This document shows positions 12,460 to 24,718 of a stretch of 64,000 nucleotides of DNA, one piece after another (the first letter of the stretch is position 1; every line of letters starts with the position of its first letter). The stretch comes from Macrostomum lignano (lineage: Eukaryota). The stretch covers positions 124,001 through 188,000 of the forward strand of contig NIVC01000803.1 of the NCBI GenBank assembly GCA_002269645.1. Reading direction: 5' to 3'. The notes beneath the pieces are model-generated. The model was not told where the DNA came from, made no database searches, and saw only the letters and a list, made by a program, of their open reading frames with translations. Position numbers and translations under genes: made by a program.

Positions 12460-13840
12460 TCAGGCCCAGCTGGCGAGGTCGCTGCTGATTCTCTTCCGCC
12501 AGGCCGCCATCTCGGCTCCGCTGTCGTAGGGCAGATCAACCGTGGCGTCGAAGTGAGGCAGCAGGACGCAGTGTTTGCGCAACGGGTTACTATAGAAACC
12601 AACGCAGCCGAGGCGCCATTTGCAGGCGAGAGCGCAGGCAGCCTCGGTGATCTCGCCGTAGGCGCTGACGTCGATCGTCTCGCTGCAGCCCGGCCCGGTC
12701 TGCGAGTAGCCTACAATGTCCGCCTGCTCGAATTCGCCATTGTGCAGCGGCACGCAGCCTGCACCTCCGGTGCCGCCGATGCAGCTGCCAGCCGGGTGCT
12801 CGCAGTGGTAGCGCGCGTCCGTCCAGCAGTTGACATCGTGCAGCCGGTTCTTCTCGCCGTGGTGCAGCACGCAGTTCTGCGTGCCTCCCTGATTGCCGGG
12901 CTCTCCGGAGGCCCACCAAGCGGAGCTGGTCAGGTTCATCTCCCGCAAACCCGGCATCACCTGCGAACATCGGGTTTAGAAAAGAAAACTTTCACTTATA
13001 TATCAGGATCTTGGAGCCATCATCTCTCAGCAAGGTTAAACAGTTACTTGTTGAACGGAGGCTTCGGGCTTACCAAGTGAAGCCTCTTTGTTGGCTTTGC
13101 GACCAAAGTTCACTTGCAAATGATGCAGCAATGATACATACATGTACAAAATGCAGCAATATGTACAACATACATGGCAATGCATACAACATAAAACTGA
13201 TAACTATAAACTGATTACACCTGCCCTAGTGGCCAGATGTGCAACTGACAGCTCAGCCGCAGCTATTCCGCGGCGCATCTGAAGGCTGCGTACGGCTGTT
13301 CAATCCAAGGACTTTTGGGTCGCCACACACACCCTCAATTACCCCAGCTAATGCTGGCACCCATTTTACAGCTGGGTGAACTGAAGCAATGCAGAGTTGT
13401 CTTGCTCAAGGACACAAATTGTTCCAGTGGGGTCGGTAATCGAACCCCCGACTCCTATTTTTAGATAAATACAACATACATGGAAATGCAACAAACAATC
13501 CGCGCATCACCTGCCAACCATCGCGACTTCGATTCCGTTCGCGCAGCGCGTCGGTGACGCCCAGGAGAATCCAGCCGCTGGTGAACTGGGGCAGCGGCCT
13601 GGCTCGGGCGTAGGTGTTCGGCGTCAGCAGCCGGTGGCCCAGACGGGCGCAGACGTCCAGAGCGTCGCAGAATTTCAATGTACCGTTGTACACCGGGCTG
13701 AGGCAGGTCGGGGGACCGGCGCTGTCGTTCAGTAAGGAGTAACCGGGACTACAGGCGGCATTAGCCGCCGTCTGCTGCGGGAGACACGACAGCAGAAGCA
13801 GCAGACACGGGGCCGCGATGGCAGACACTTTGCACAGCAT
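12460..13840 (-). CDS. Secreted C-type lectin domain + PAN/apple-like domain protein, 276 aa; exons 13840-13511, 12960-12460
   Basis: Hydrophobic signal peptide (APCLLLLLSCLPQQTAANAA); CTLD cysteine pattern with WILLGVTD, W..GEPGN...NCV...LHDVNC...YHCE; then EAACALAC....GCVGFYS.....CVL (PAN-like). Phase-0 GT-AG intron. Confidence 0.85.
13211..13455 (-). mobile_element. SINE family 1 inside the lectin intron (second copy 21405-21649)
   Basis: Reverse complement matches 44660-44952 (GGTTCGATT...GTGTCCTTGAGCAAGACA...TCACCCAGCTGTAAAATGGG...GGGCAGGTGTAATCA). Confidence 0.85.
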
Positions 13841-14082
13841 TTTCTCGCCGGCAGTAAGCTTGTCTCGGTATTGGCAAAGCAAACCCTCAAACATTGAAGA
13901 GTAATGATGAATTTTCTCGGAAAGGCATTTATAAAGAAAGGATGGAGTAAAAATTCTCAGCCAAAGAAGCGTTCTCTCTGCGTCCCCCCCCCAGCCTCTT
14001 TTTGTTGGCTGTTTCTGAGAAATTGCAGCTGCTCTCTCCCCCTCCATAGCCGCCCCTAAGGGATTTTAGTGAAGCAATTGCG

Positions 14083-14095
14083 GTTGCTTAGCAAC
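14083..14095. promoter_or_regulatory. Candidate RFX X-box GTTGCTTAGCAAC (second copy 22277-22289)
   Basis: Matches the RFX consensus GTNRC(N0-3)RGYAAC about 245 bp upstream of the lectin ATG; function inferred. Confidence 0.45.
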
Positions 14096-14469
14096 ATTGC
14101 TGTAGCTCTGCATCCGTTAGCATTAATTAGTCAGGCAAACTGAACCAACCGTATAGGGACTGAGAAGGATTTGGGCTTGGTAAAATTAAAAATAGGAAGG
14201 CAGTAGACTACAGGCAAAGGCAATCATGCAATCAAAGAAATTTCAATGCATGTAGATTTAAGACTTTATATAGTTGTTTTCCCATTCCGGAAATTTCATT
14301 AAATGAGTTTCTAAGTTCGAGGCTCTTGGTGGAGGACGCTTGCAGTTTGGCTTTACACGATGTGGTAACCATTACCGTACTTGCTGATTATCATCTTCGT
14401 GTATTTTATGAGGTCATTCAACTTGGTTCTCAGTTTCATGCTACCAGCAGTGATACTCCGAGTGCAGCT

Positions 14470-14810
14470 GCAGTGTCATCCAGTGAGGTATGCTGTTGAC
14501 GTTCCTGTTTAGTTTTTAACGTTCTTCCTGCCGAAGCGATACGACCCCTGGTTCGATTCCCTTACGCTGCCACAGTAATTTGTGGCAATTGTGCACGAAA
14601 ATTGGCCATGGGAAGCTTGTCGTACGATTCATACTCACGAGGGCCACGTCCCAAGGCACAGAGAGTGCACATGCTTGACATTTAGACAGTCAGGGCCGCT
14701 GTACACCCTGTGTGAGCGTGTGTGTGAGTGCGTGCTCAGGAGTCAGCGGAATGAGCAGAATTCCCTCAGCGCTGGTTATGGGACATTGTCGCCGAAGGCG
14801 TTCATCTATT
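14470..14810 (+). mobile_element. SINE family 2 with tRNA-like head (second copy about 22664-23004)
   Basis: GCAGTGT/ACGCTGC could form an acceptor-like stem, with B-box GGTTCGATTCC but an unpaired T-stem. Body matches the 3200 and 43120 copies. Confidence 0.7.
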
Positions 14811-14850
14811 GAGACAATATTATTATTGATTTTATCTGCAACAACGATAT

Positions 14851-14998
14851 GGCTTTCTGCTGCGGCGATGCGTGGATGGATACGAATTATAGGACAGGCG
14901 ACTTCTGCAAACTTTTTCTACGCCTACGATCTCGCCCTGCTGTCCACGACCGCTAAAAGGGCGCCTAGACAGCTGAGCAGCCTGTTTGCACCGTTGCG
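14851..14998 (+). mobile_element. Old degraded RTE reverse-transcriptase fragment (second copy about 23045-23192)
   Basis: Aligns by eye to 23855-23995 of the young RTE; translates GFLLRRCV...YAYDLALLSTTAKRAPRQL versus DGFLLQRRV...YADDLALLSSTVEGAQRQL. Confidence 0.75.
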
Positions 14999-16472
14999 CC
15001 TGGATATTTTTTGTATTCCATTCGCGCATTGCCAGCAGGGCACGCACGCACCGTGTGTTGCAGAAACGTGACCGAATCACTAACTCTGTCTATTCAGCTG
15101 GGCAAACGAAACAAGCTATATATACAATATATCATGTATTGTGCAAACCTTGTGGAAATAAATAATCCATTTTTCTCGTTTAACAATTTCTAAGGCATAT
15201 CATATAGTTGAAACTACATTATAACATTATCGATATTGTGTTAGTATGTGATTATCGAGCGGGGAAAATAAATACTGCATAATATTATACATGTACATAT
15301 ACTCTTAGCTCGGTTACGTCATATCATTGCGGCAGGTGTTGCGTCTACTATACCCACATGCAGTTTACGGTAAAATGCAGTTGTGTATTTTTTAAATCTT
15401 AATTGAATCTTTATTTGCATGCATGCATACAATACCTTTCATGGGTATTGTAATTTTTGGGTAAAAAGCGAGTCAAAAAGGGGGCAGGATCCAATACATG
15501 TGGACAAGCCGTTTATTAACTGAACTCAATTTTGAGCTTTTAAGATTCTGCTTCTTCCTCTTCCTGTTTCTTTCTTTAAGGTCCACTTATAATAGCATCG
15601 TGCGATTGTGTATATGCAAAGACTGTATGCAAACACTACTGAAATACTGTATACGGCTAGGGGCAGGAGACAAACAATTTATGCGAAATTTATTGAATGC
15701 GAATTTTATAAATTATTTACAAATGTCATTGTTTCATGCGGAGCTTCATTTTTACTAGAAAATTCCTCTTTCTTCAAATCCTGAAGTTGGACTTTCAAAA
15801 TAACTGTTTAAGGTATGCATTAAAATTTAATGATTAACCCAGTGAAAAAAATGATATGGATTCCATGTGGATTTTTCATATGAAATCCATATGTGCATTT
15901 GTCTCCGTCCATCCATGTGGAATCAAGATATGGATATGTAAGGTGTATTTATGTACAGTAGTGAGTCACTGGCACACAAAGAATAAACACACTGATGTAA
16001 ATATTGATATCTTTAGAGTTGCGCTGCGCATATGATATAATATATAATTTGAAATTGACATTTTCAATAGCATTAATTAATTAACAATAATATAATGCAT
16101 CAGAATTAGAACAGTCAGAAACATGCTGCTGCCAATTGCCAGAATGCTGCTTCTTCAGGTCAGGTGAGCAACCTTAGAAAAGAAAGGGGTTAAATTACAG
16201 AATTTTATAACAGATTGATGACAGATTTTGTAATAGATTTTGATAGATTTTGATGACAGAAAAAAATAAGTTTATAACTAAAACTTACCATTGCTTCACA
16301 AAAGGTAGCATTTGAGATATTAAATTCAAATTCCAAGTAGCTTTGCAAGCTTCTTCAAATGCAAGACCAAGGTGACATCCAAGTTTGAGGATGGGTCATG
16401 TAATGTTAGGTTTTTCTCCTGAACTTTCGCACCTCTATCCTGAACTAAGTTGATCTCACGCACTCTTTACAG

Positions 16473-17129
16473 AAGGCTTAAACCGGCGCGATGACCTTGA
16501 CGACGACCAGCTGTTCGATGACGACGATGTTGACCCTGTGGTTGAGCAGTTCAAAAGGTGAGCCTATTATGACGCGTCAGTTCACTTTCAGGCTACCCAC
16601 CTCAGATCCATTGGTGACCCAGTCCACCCAGCAGTGACCCAATACACTCAACACTAACCCAATACACTCAACAGTCACCCAGTACACTCAACAGTGACCC
16701 AGTACACTCAACAGTCACCTAGTACACTCAACAGTGACCCAGTACACTCAACAGTCACCCAGTACACTCAACAGTGACCTAGTACACTCAACAGTCACCC
16801 AGTACACTCAACAGTCACCTAGTACACTCAACAGTGACCTAGTACACTCAACAGTCACCCAGTACACTCAACAGTGACCTAGTACACTCAACAGTCACCC
16901 AGTACACTCAACAGTCACCCAGTACACTCAACAGTGACCCAGTACACTCAACAGTCACCCAGTACACTCAACAGTCACCCAGTACACTCAACAGTCACAT
17001 AGTACACTTAACATTGACCCATGGCTCTGTATCCGAATTTGCAGTTTTGTGATGAACTGCCAGACGCCAAAGGAGCGCCAAAAAGTGCGACTGGACTTGG
17101 ACAGCTTGTCAATGTTAATGAAAAAGTGA
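16473..17129 (+). pseudogene. Orphan duplicate of the last two FAM193-like exons (16473-16557, 17045-17129)
   Basis: Same sequence and intact splice sites as 8376-8460 and 8855-8939, but no upstream exons in copy 2; either a pseudo-fragment or alternative terminal exons. Confidence 0.75.
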
Positions 17130-20100
17130 ACAGAATCTGAACTTTTTTTCTTGGTCTGCAACACAGTTTGAAGCAAGCTGTCCTGCAGAAGATACTAGAA
17201 TTATATTTAATAAAATTGTTTCTTTTATTTATTTATTTTATTAGAACTCTTGTTAACAAAAAGTTAAAAAAACCTGCTTGCTAATCGAGGACAGACAACT
17301 CTTACTAATTAGCCTGGGTATGCTGTGAAATTCAAGGCTAATAATTTCCTCTTTTGTACCTAGACTTGCATCCCCGTTTCTTTGGTACATCTCAGCTGCC
17401 CTGTCCGTGTGTGCTACTAACACTACTATTATTATTATTTATTTACGATTGGTAAATTAGTGAGCTGCTGTGTTTATTTTTATTAGTTAGACCGTTTTTT
17501 TCAACCAGTATGTAAATATTTATCGCTTTTGCGTCTCCGCTCCACCTGACTGTCGGCCCACAGACTCTGTTGTGGAGCGGCCGGAGTCCTTTATTGTCGG
17601 CTTGGTTTGCGCTTTGGCAACTCTTTGTCTTGTCTGTCCTGTCCGCCTCTGTCTGTGTGTCCGCCTGCTTGTCTTGTCTGTCCTGTCCGCCTCTGTCTGT
17701 GTGTCCGCCTGCTTGTCTTGTCTGTCCTGTCCGCCTCTGTCTGTGTGTCCGCCTGCTTGTCCTGTCTGTCCTGTCCGCCTGCTTATCTTGTCTGTCATGT
17801 CCGCCTGCTTGTCTTGTCTGTCCTGTCCGCCTCTGTCTGTCTGTCTGCCTGCCTGTCTGTCTGCCTGTCTGCTTGTGTCCGTCTGTTTGCCTGCGTGCCC
17901 TGTATGTTTTTATACTGTTTCTTCGTGTTTTCAAATTTTTCAGCCATTGTTCACTACCCGCTCACTAGACTACTAATAGCTGTTGGCTAGTAGTATGCGT
18001 TGAGAATTTCGACTTCGCCTTCTCTCATACAGATTGTTCACTTTACGTGCAGTGATGAAATTGACAGCTTGTTGTGTAGGTGGTAAACAATCATTGCACC
18101 ATCGGTGTTCATAGTGTCTAAATGCTGGGTTTTTTAAAGTTAATTTTATTTGTTTAAATGCTGACTTGTGCATAAGAGTTTTCCCCTCATTTTTAAAATT
18201 ACTGCGAGCTGGCTAATGCGAAATTCTCTATTGACGAGCCCTGCCAGTTATTGTACTTTCACTCCGTTTTTTGTGCTTACATGAATGAAGACTTTATAAA
18301 TTTGAAGTGAGGCGGCTTTGCAAAAATGTTATAACTGCCGCCTGCGCTGCTCGCGATTGGGTTAGAAATCTTTGTAGCTCAGCCTTCTTTTTATATAAAT
18401 ATACATACTGCAGCCCCATCTGCCCGGAACAAAGTGAAGCTGTTTTTTACAATAAAAATGCCTAATTTACACTTTTACCTGCCTTCTGGCATTGGCTTCT
18501 TGTTTCATTTCTTTGCCTTTCTTTTCAACTGAGCACAGTTTGTGTCACGCTGCAGTTAGCACACGGGATGTTAGTGAGGCAGTACTAATCACACTGCAGT
18601 TAGCACACGGGATGTTAGTGAGGCAGTGCTAATCACACTGCAGTTAGCACACGGGATGTTAGTGAGGCAGTGCTAATCACACTGCAGTTAGCACACAGGA
18701 TGTTAGTGAGGCAGTGCTAATCACACTGCAGTTAGCACACGGGATGTTAGTGAGGCAGTGCTAATCACACTGCAGTTAGCACACAGGATGTTAGTGAGGC
18801 AGTGCTAATCACACTGCAGTTAGCACACGGGATGTTAGTGAGGCAGTGCTAATCAGACTGTAGTTAGCACACGGGATGTTAGTGAAGCAGTGCTAATCAG
18901 ACTGCAGTTAGCACACGGGATGTTAGTGAGGCAGTGCTAATCAGACTGCAGTTAGCACACAGGAAGTTAGTGAAGCAGTGCTAACCACACTGCAGTTAGC
19001 ACACGGGATGTCAGTGAGGCAGTGCTAATCACACTGCAGTTAGCACACGGGATGTTAGTGAAGCAGTGCTAATCACACTGCAGTTAGCACACGGGATGTT
19101 AGTGAGGCAGTGCTAATCACACTGCAGTTAGCACACAGGAAGTTAGTGAAGCAGTGCTAACCACACTACAGTTAGCACACGGGATGTTAGTGAGGCAGTG
19201 CTAATCAGACTGCAGTTAGCACACGGGATGTTAGTGAAGCTGTGCTAACCACACTGCAGTTAGCACACGGGATGTTAGTGAGGCAGTGCTAATCAGACTG
19301 CAGCTAGCACACGGGATGTTAGTGAGGCAGTGCTAATCACACTGCAGTTAGCACACGGGATGTTAGTGAAGCAGTGCTAATCAGACTGCAGTTAGCACAC
19401 GGGATGTTAGTGAGGCAGTGCTAATCACACTGCAGTTAGCACACGGGATGTTAGTGAGGCAGTGCTAATCAGACTAGGTTTATCGCAGTCAACTTGACTC
19501 GAATATTATTCATAATCTTTTCTGTCATTTGGTAGCTCAGACGTACCTACTAAAAGTGCGACTCTGTGTATCTATGCAATACTCTAAGGCATGTAAGTCC
19601 TTAGAATTTTTTAGAATTTCTGTCGTGGACTTCTGTCTGAATTGCATTTTGATAAAAAATGCATAAATAAAGGTTATCTTTCTGCAGCACAGTACTGTAT
19701 GCATAGGAATTATAAGGTAGGCAGAACTGCAAGCTCACAGAGAATGTGTAATAAACTAAAATTTTTTAGAAAAGTAGAAGTAGAACTTTTGTTAAACTTA
19801 GTTATCGTTAGTTGTGTGCTATTGTTAGAGTTTTCTAGTCTCAGAAAATGAACCGCTCAAAAAGAAGCAAAAAAGAAGGCAATAGAAAAGTCCAAAACAA
19901 GAATTGCTTGAATTATCGGCCTGCCTTGCAACTGGCGGTTTTACACACCTACAGCTGCAATGATATCAAACTGGTAGGCACATATCTGTATGACAGTCAA
20001 CCCTTCAATCCTTCAACCCCTTCAAGGGGACACGAACATTTGTATCCTAATTAGGATGGCAGCTCAACATCTCATACGAGTACAAGACACAAGGGGTTGT

Positions 20101-20653
20101 AGCCTAGTGCTCCGAGCATCGGACTCAAGACTGAAAGGTTGGTGCTTCGATTCACGACCCACCCGAAACAATTTTCGCATCTTTTGTAAGCTGGCTAATA
20201 GCTGTACACGTTTACTTGAGTCAGCTAGCTTAGTTTAGACAATTTCATTGCTAAAATCTTCTACCTTTCTGACTATAACGACGACTTCAAACGACTTGAT
20301 TAACTTCAAGTCTGACATGGTGACAATTGAACACCGACTTCTGTAGCCAATTTCCAAGGTCTGCTGCTGCAGTTAACTGAATATTCGCTGTATTTAAGCA
20401 AAGTTAATTGAATTATGCTGGCTCTCAGCCTTTGGCAAAAGTCTAGCTGGCTTGAATGTCCAATCCGAGGGCTGCTTGCTGGTCTATGAGTCGAGAGTTT
20501 TGCCTTTAAAACAGAATTCATAGTCGTCTGTTGGAAATAAACTGATCCATTTAGTTATAAGCTGTTCCTGACTTCTGTTCCTGGTAACTCCTAGTGGTCC
20601 TTGCTTTTAGCTTTGGAGGCCAACAGGCCTGATCAAATCCTGCTGCCACGCCG

Positions 20654-22034
20654 TCAGGCCCAGCTGGCGAGGTCGCTGCTGATTCTCTTCCGCCAGGCCG
20701 CCATCTCGGCTCCGCTGTCGTAGGGCAGATCAACCGTGGCGTCGAAGTGAGGCAGCAGGACGCAGTGTTTGCGCAACGGGTTACTATAGAAACCAACGCA
20801 GCCGAGGCGCCATTTGCAGGCGAGAGCGCAGGCCGCCTCGGTGATCTCGCCGTAGGCGCTGACGTCGATCGTCTCGCTGCAGCCCGGCCCGGTCTGCGAG
20901 TAGCCTACAATGTCCGCCTGCTCGAATTCGCCATTGTGCAGCGGCACGCAGCCTGCACCTCCGGTGCCGCCGATGCAGCTGCCAGCCGGGTGCTCGCAGT
21001 GGTAGCGCGCGTCCGTCCAGCAGTTGACATCGTGCAGCCGGTTCTTCTCGCCGTGGTGCAGCACGCAGTTCTGCGTGCCTCCCTGATTGCCGGGCTCTCC
21101 GGAGGCCCACCAAGCGGAGCTGGTCAGGTTCATCTCCCGCAAACCCGGCATCACCTGCGAACATCGGGTTTAGAAAAGAAAACTTTCACTTATATATCAG
21201 GATCTTGGAGCCATCATCTCTCAGCAAGGTTAAACAGTTACTTGTTGAACGGAGGCTTCGGGCTTACCAAGTGAAGCCTCTTTGTTGGCTTTGCGACCAA
21301 AGTTCACTTGCAAATGATGCAGCAATGATACATACATGTACAAAATGCAGCAATATGTACAACATACATGGCAATGCATACAACATAAAACTGATAACTA
21401 TAAACTGATTACACCTGCCCTAGTGGCCAGATGTGCAACTGACAGCTCAGCCGCAGCTATTCCGCGGCGCATCTGAAGGCTGCGTACGGCTGTTCAATCC
21501 AAGGACTTTTGGGTCGCCACACACACCCTCAATTACCCCAGCTAATGCTGGCACCCATTTTACAGCTGGGTGAACTGAAGCAATGCAGAGTTGTCTTGCT
21601 CAAGGACACAAATTGTTCCAGTGGGGTCGGTAATCGAACCCCCGACTCCTATTTTTAGATAAATACAACATACATGGAAATGCAACAAACAATCCGCGCA
21701 TCACCTGCCAACCATCGCGACTTCGATTCCGTTCGCGCAGCGCGTCGGTGACGCCCAGGAGAATCCAGCCGCTGGTGAACTGGGGCAGCGGCCTGGCTCG
21801 GGCGTAGGTGTTCGGCGTCAGCAGCCGGTGGCCCAGACGGGCGCAGACGTCCAGAGCGTCGCAGAATTTCAATGTACCGTTGGACACCGGGCTGAGGCAG
21901 GTCGGGGGACCGGCGCTGTCGTTCAGTAAGGAGTAACCGGGACTACAGGCGGCATTAGCCGCCGTCTGCTGCGGGAGACACGACAGCAGAAGCAGCAGAC
22001 ACGGGGCCGCGATGGCAGACACTTTGCACAGCAT
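20654..22034 (-). CDS. Secreted CTLD + PAN protein, duplicate copy; exons 22034-21705, 21154-20654
   Basis: ORF intact; differs from copy 1 by Tyr-to-Ser (13689 vs 21883) and one synonymous change seen by eye. Confidence 0.85.
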
Positions 22035-23464
22035 TTTCTCGCCGGCAGTAAGCTTGTCTCGGTATTGGCAAAGCAAACCCTCAAACATTGAAGAGTAATG
22101 ATGAATTTTCTCGGAAAGGCATTTATAAAGAAAGGATGGAGTAAAAATTCTCAGCCAAAGAAGCGTTCTCTCTGCGTCCCCCCCCCAGCCTCTTTTTGTT
22201 GGCTGTTTCTGAGAAATTGCAGCTGCTCTCTCCCCCTCCATAGCCGCCCCTAAGGGATTTTAGTGAAGCAATTGCGGTTGCTTAGCAACATTGCTGTAGC
22301 TCTGCATCCGTTAGCATTAATTAGTCAGGCAAACTGAACCAACCGTATAGGGACTGAGAAGGATTTGGGCTTGGTAAAATTAAAAATAGGAAGGCAGTAG
22401 ACTACAGGCAAAGGCAATCATGCAATCAAAGAAATTTCAATGCATGTAGATTTAAGACTTTATATAGTTGTTTTCCCATTCCGGAAATTTCATTAAATGA
22501 GTTTCTAAGTTCGAGGCTCTTGGTGGAGGACGCTTGCAGTTTGGCTTTACACGATGTGGTAACCATTACCGTACTTGCTGATTATCATCTTCGTGTATTT
22601 TATGAGGTCATTCAACTTGGTTCTCAGTTTCATGCTACCAGCAGTGATACTCCGAGTGCAGCTGCAGTGTCATCCAGTGAGGTATGCTGTTGACGTTCCT
22701 GTTTAGTTTTTAACGTTCTTCCTGCCGAAGCGATACGACCCCTGGTTCGATTCCCTTACGCTGCCACATTCATTTGTGGCAATTGTGCACGAAAATTGGC
22801 CATGGGAAGCTTGTCGTACGATTCATACTCACGAGGGCCACGTCCCAAGGCACAGAGAGTGCACATGCTTGACATTTAGACAGTCAGGGCCGCTGTACAC
22901 CCTGTGTGAGCGTGTGTGTGAGTGCGTGCTCAGGAGTCAGCGGAATGAGCAGAATTCCCTCAGCGCTGGTTATGGGACATTGTCGCCGAAGGCGTTCATC
23001 TATTGAGACAATATTATTATTGATTTTATCTGCAACAACGATATGGCTTTCTGCTGCGGCGATGCGTGGATGGATACAAATTATAGGACAGCTGCGGCTT
23101 CTGCAAACTTTTTCTACGCCTACGATCTCGCCCTGCTGTCCACGACCGCTAAAAGGGCGCCTAGACAGCTGACAGCCTGTTTGCACCGTTGCGCCTGGAT
23201 ATTTTTTGTATTCCATTCGCGCATTGCCAGCAGGGCACGCACGCACCGTGTGTTGCAGAAACGTGACCGAATCACTAACTCTGTCTATTCAGCTGGGCAA
23301 ACGAAACAAGCTATATATGCAAGCTATATACTATATACATATATCTGCATGTATTGTGCAAACCTTGTGGAAATAAATAATCCATTTTTTCTCGTTTAAC
23401 AATTTCTAAGGCATATCATAGTTGAAACTACATTATAACATTATCGATATTGTGTTAGTATGTG

Positions 23465-24718
23465 CTGGATCCGTACCTGCGCCCAGAGCAGAACGGGTTC
23501 CGGCCCCATCGCGGCACAGTGGCGCAGATCCTGGCTCTTCGCCGAGTCATCGAGGAGGCGCGGATTCGTCAGTCGATACTGATTTTAATCTTTATTGATT
23601 TCAAGAAGGCATTCGACTCGGTTGTCAGAGCCGTGCTTCCAATGGTGCTCCGCGCGTACAACGTGCCTGAGCAGCTGATCTCCGCCGTCATGGCGATGTA
23701 CCGTGATACGACAGCTGCTGTGACAACACCGGACGGCCTATCGGACTCCTTTGAGACATCCTCCGGAGTGCTTCAGGGAGATACGCTGGCGCCGTTTCTG
23801 TTCGTCCTGGTGCTTGACTGGGTGCTGCGGACTGCTCTTCCTACCGACGACGACGGTTTTCTGCTGCAGCGACGCGTGGGTCGACGTCAACCGGAGAAGC
23901 GGCTCAGCGTGCTTGGCTACGCCGACGACCTCGCCCTGCTGTCCTCGACCGTCGAGGGCGCCCAACGGCAGCTGGACAGGCTGGTTGCCGTTGCGGCGAG
24001 TGTCGGCCTGGTGGTCAACACGCAGAAGACCGTTGTGCTCTGCGTGCCGGACGACATCGAGGCTGCAATATTTTGCCGAGGCGCTGACGGGCAGGCGACC
24101 GAACTCCCGCGATGTCAGCAGTTCGTCTACCTCGGCGGTCTGGTTCCAGACGCTCGCGAGGACCTGCGACGCCGCCGCGGGCTTGCCTGGGCTGCCTTTC
24201 GTTCTGTGAGGGCAGTCCTGCAGTCCGAGGCCCTACCGGACCGCCAGAGGGCGGCGCTGTTCCAGGCGGTAATCGAGACCGTCCTGATGTACAACGCCGA
24301 GACCTGGACGCTGACGGACTCACTCGAACAGCAAGTCGATGCGGCGCACGCTGGTCTGCTGCGCGCCGCCTTCAACATCGGCGTCGAGCGAGTCACCAAC
24401 GCGGCACTCTATCGCCGCGCTGGCCTGCCACGTCCAAGTGATCTACTGCGCCGTCGGCGACTCCAGCTCGCAGGCCATCTCATCCGCGCCGAGTCGTACT
24501 GCCCACAGCCGGTGCAGGAGGTGCTGCTGCTCACGCTGCAGGCACCCTACCGGCGAGGTCAAGCGCGAACTCGGCGTTATGTCGACTGTCTGCTGGCTGA
24601 CGCCGGCGCCCCGGACACTGCCGGTGGCGCGGCCTTTGTTCGCGCCCAAGCCATGAAGCGCGCCCTGTGACGCTGACTTTTACCATCATGACAGCGTATT
24701 TTGTTGTTGTTGTGTTGT
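23465..24718 (+). mobile_element. 5'-truncated RTE-clade non-LTR retrotransposon with uninterrupted RT ORF (23465-24670)
   Basis: LRPEQNGFRPHRG, IDFKKAFDSV, GVLQGDTLAPFLF and YADD motifs. Short 3' UTR ends in (TTG)n. 12-bp TSD TGTTAGTATGTG at 23453-23464 and 24719-24730; empty site at 15239-15250. Confidence 0.95.

Larger units (their letters stand above)
8312..15837 (+). repeat. Segmental tandem duplication, copy 1 (about 7.5 kb)
   Basis: Near-identical to 16409-25305; offsets 8097, 8190, 8194, 8214, then 9480 after the RTE insertion. Contains the last two FAM193-like exons, the 3' UTR and the lectin gene. Confidence 0.95.

Noticed and set aside
14470-14572. Functional tRNA gene
   Set aside because: T-stem does not pair, there is an extra ~30-nt insert, and it is followed by a repeated SINE body. 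Treated as a SINE head, like those at 1559, 3430-3500, 11899, 30668, 43290-43360 and 44612.
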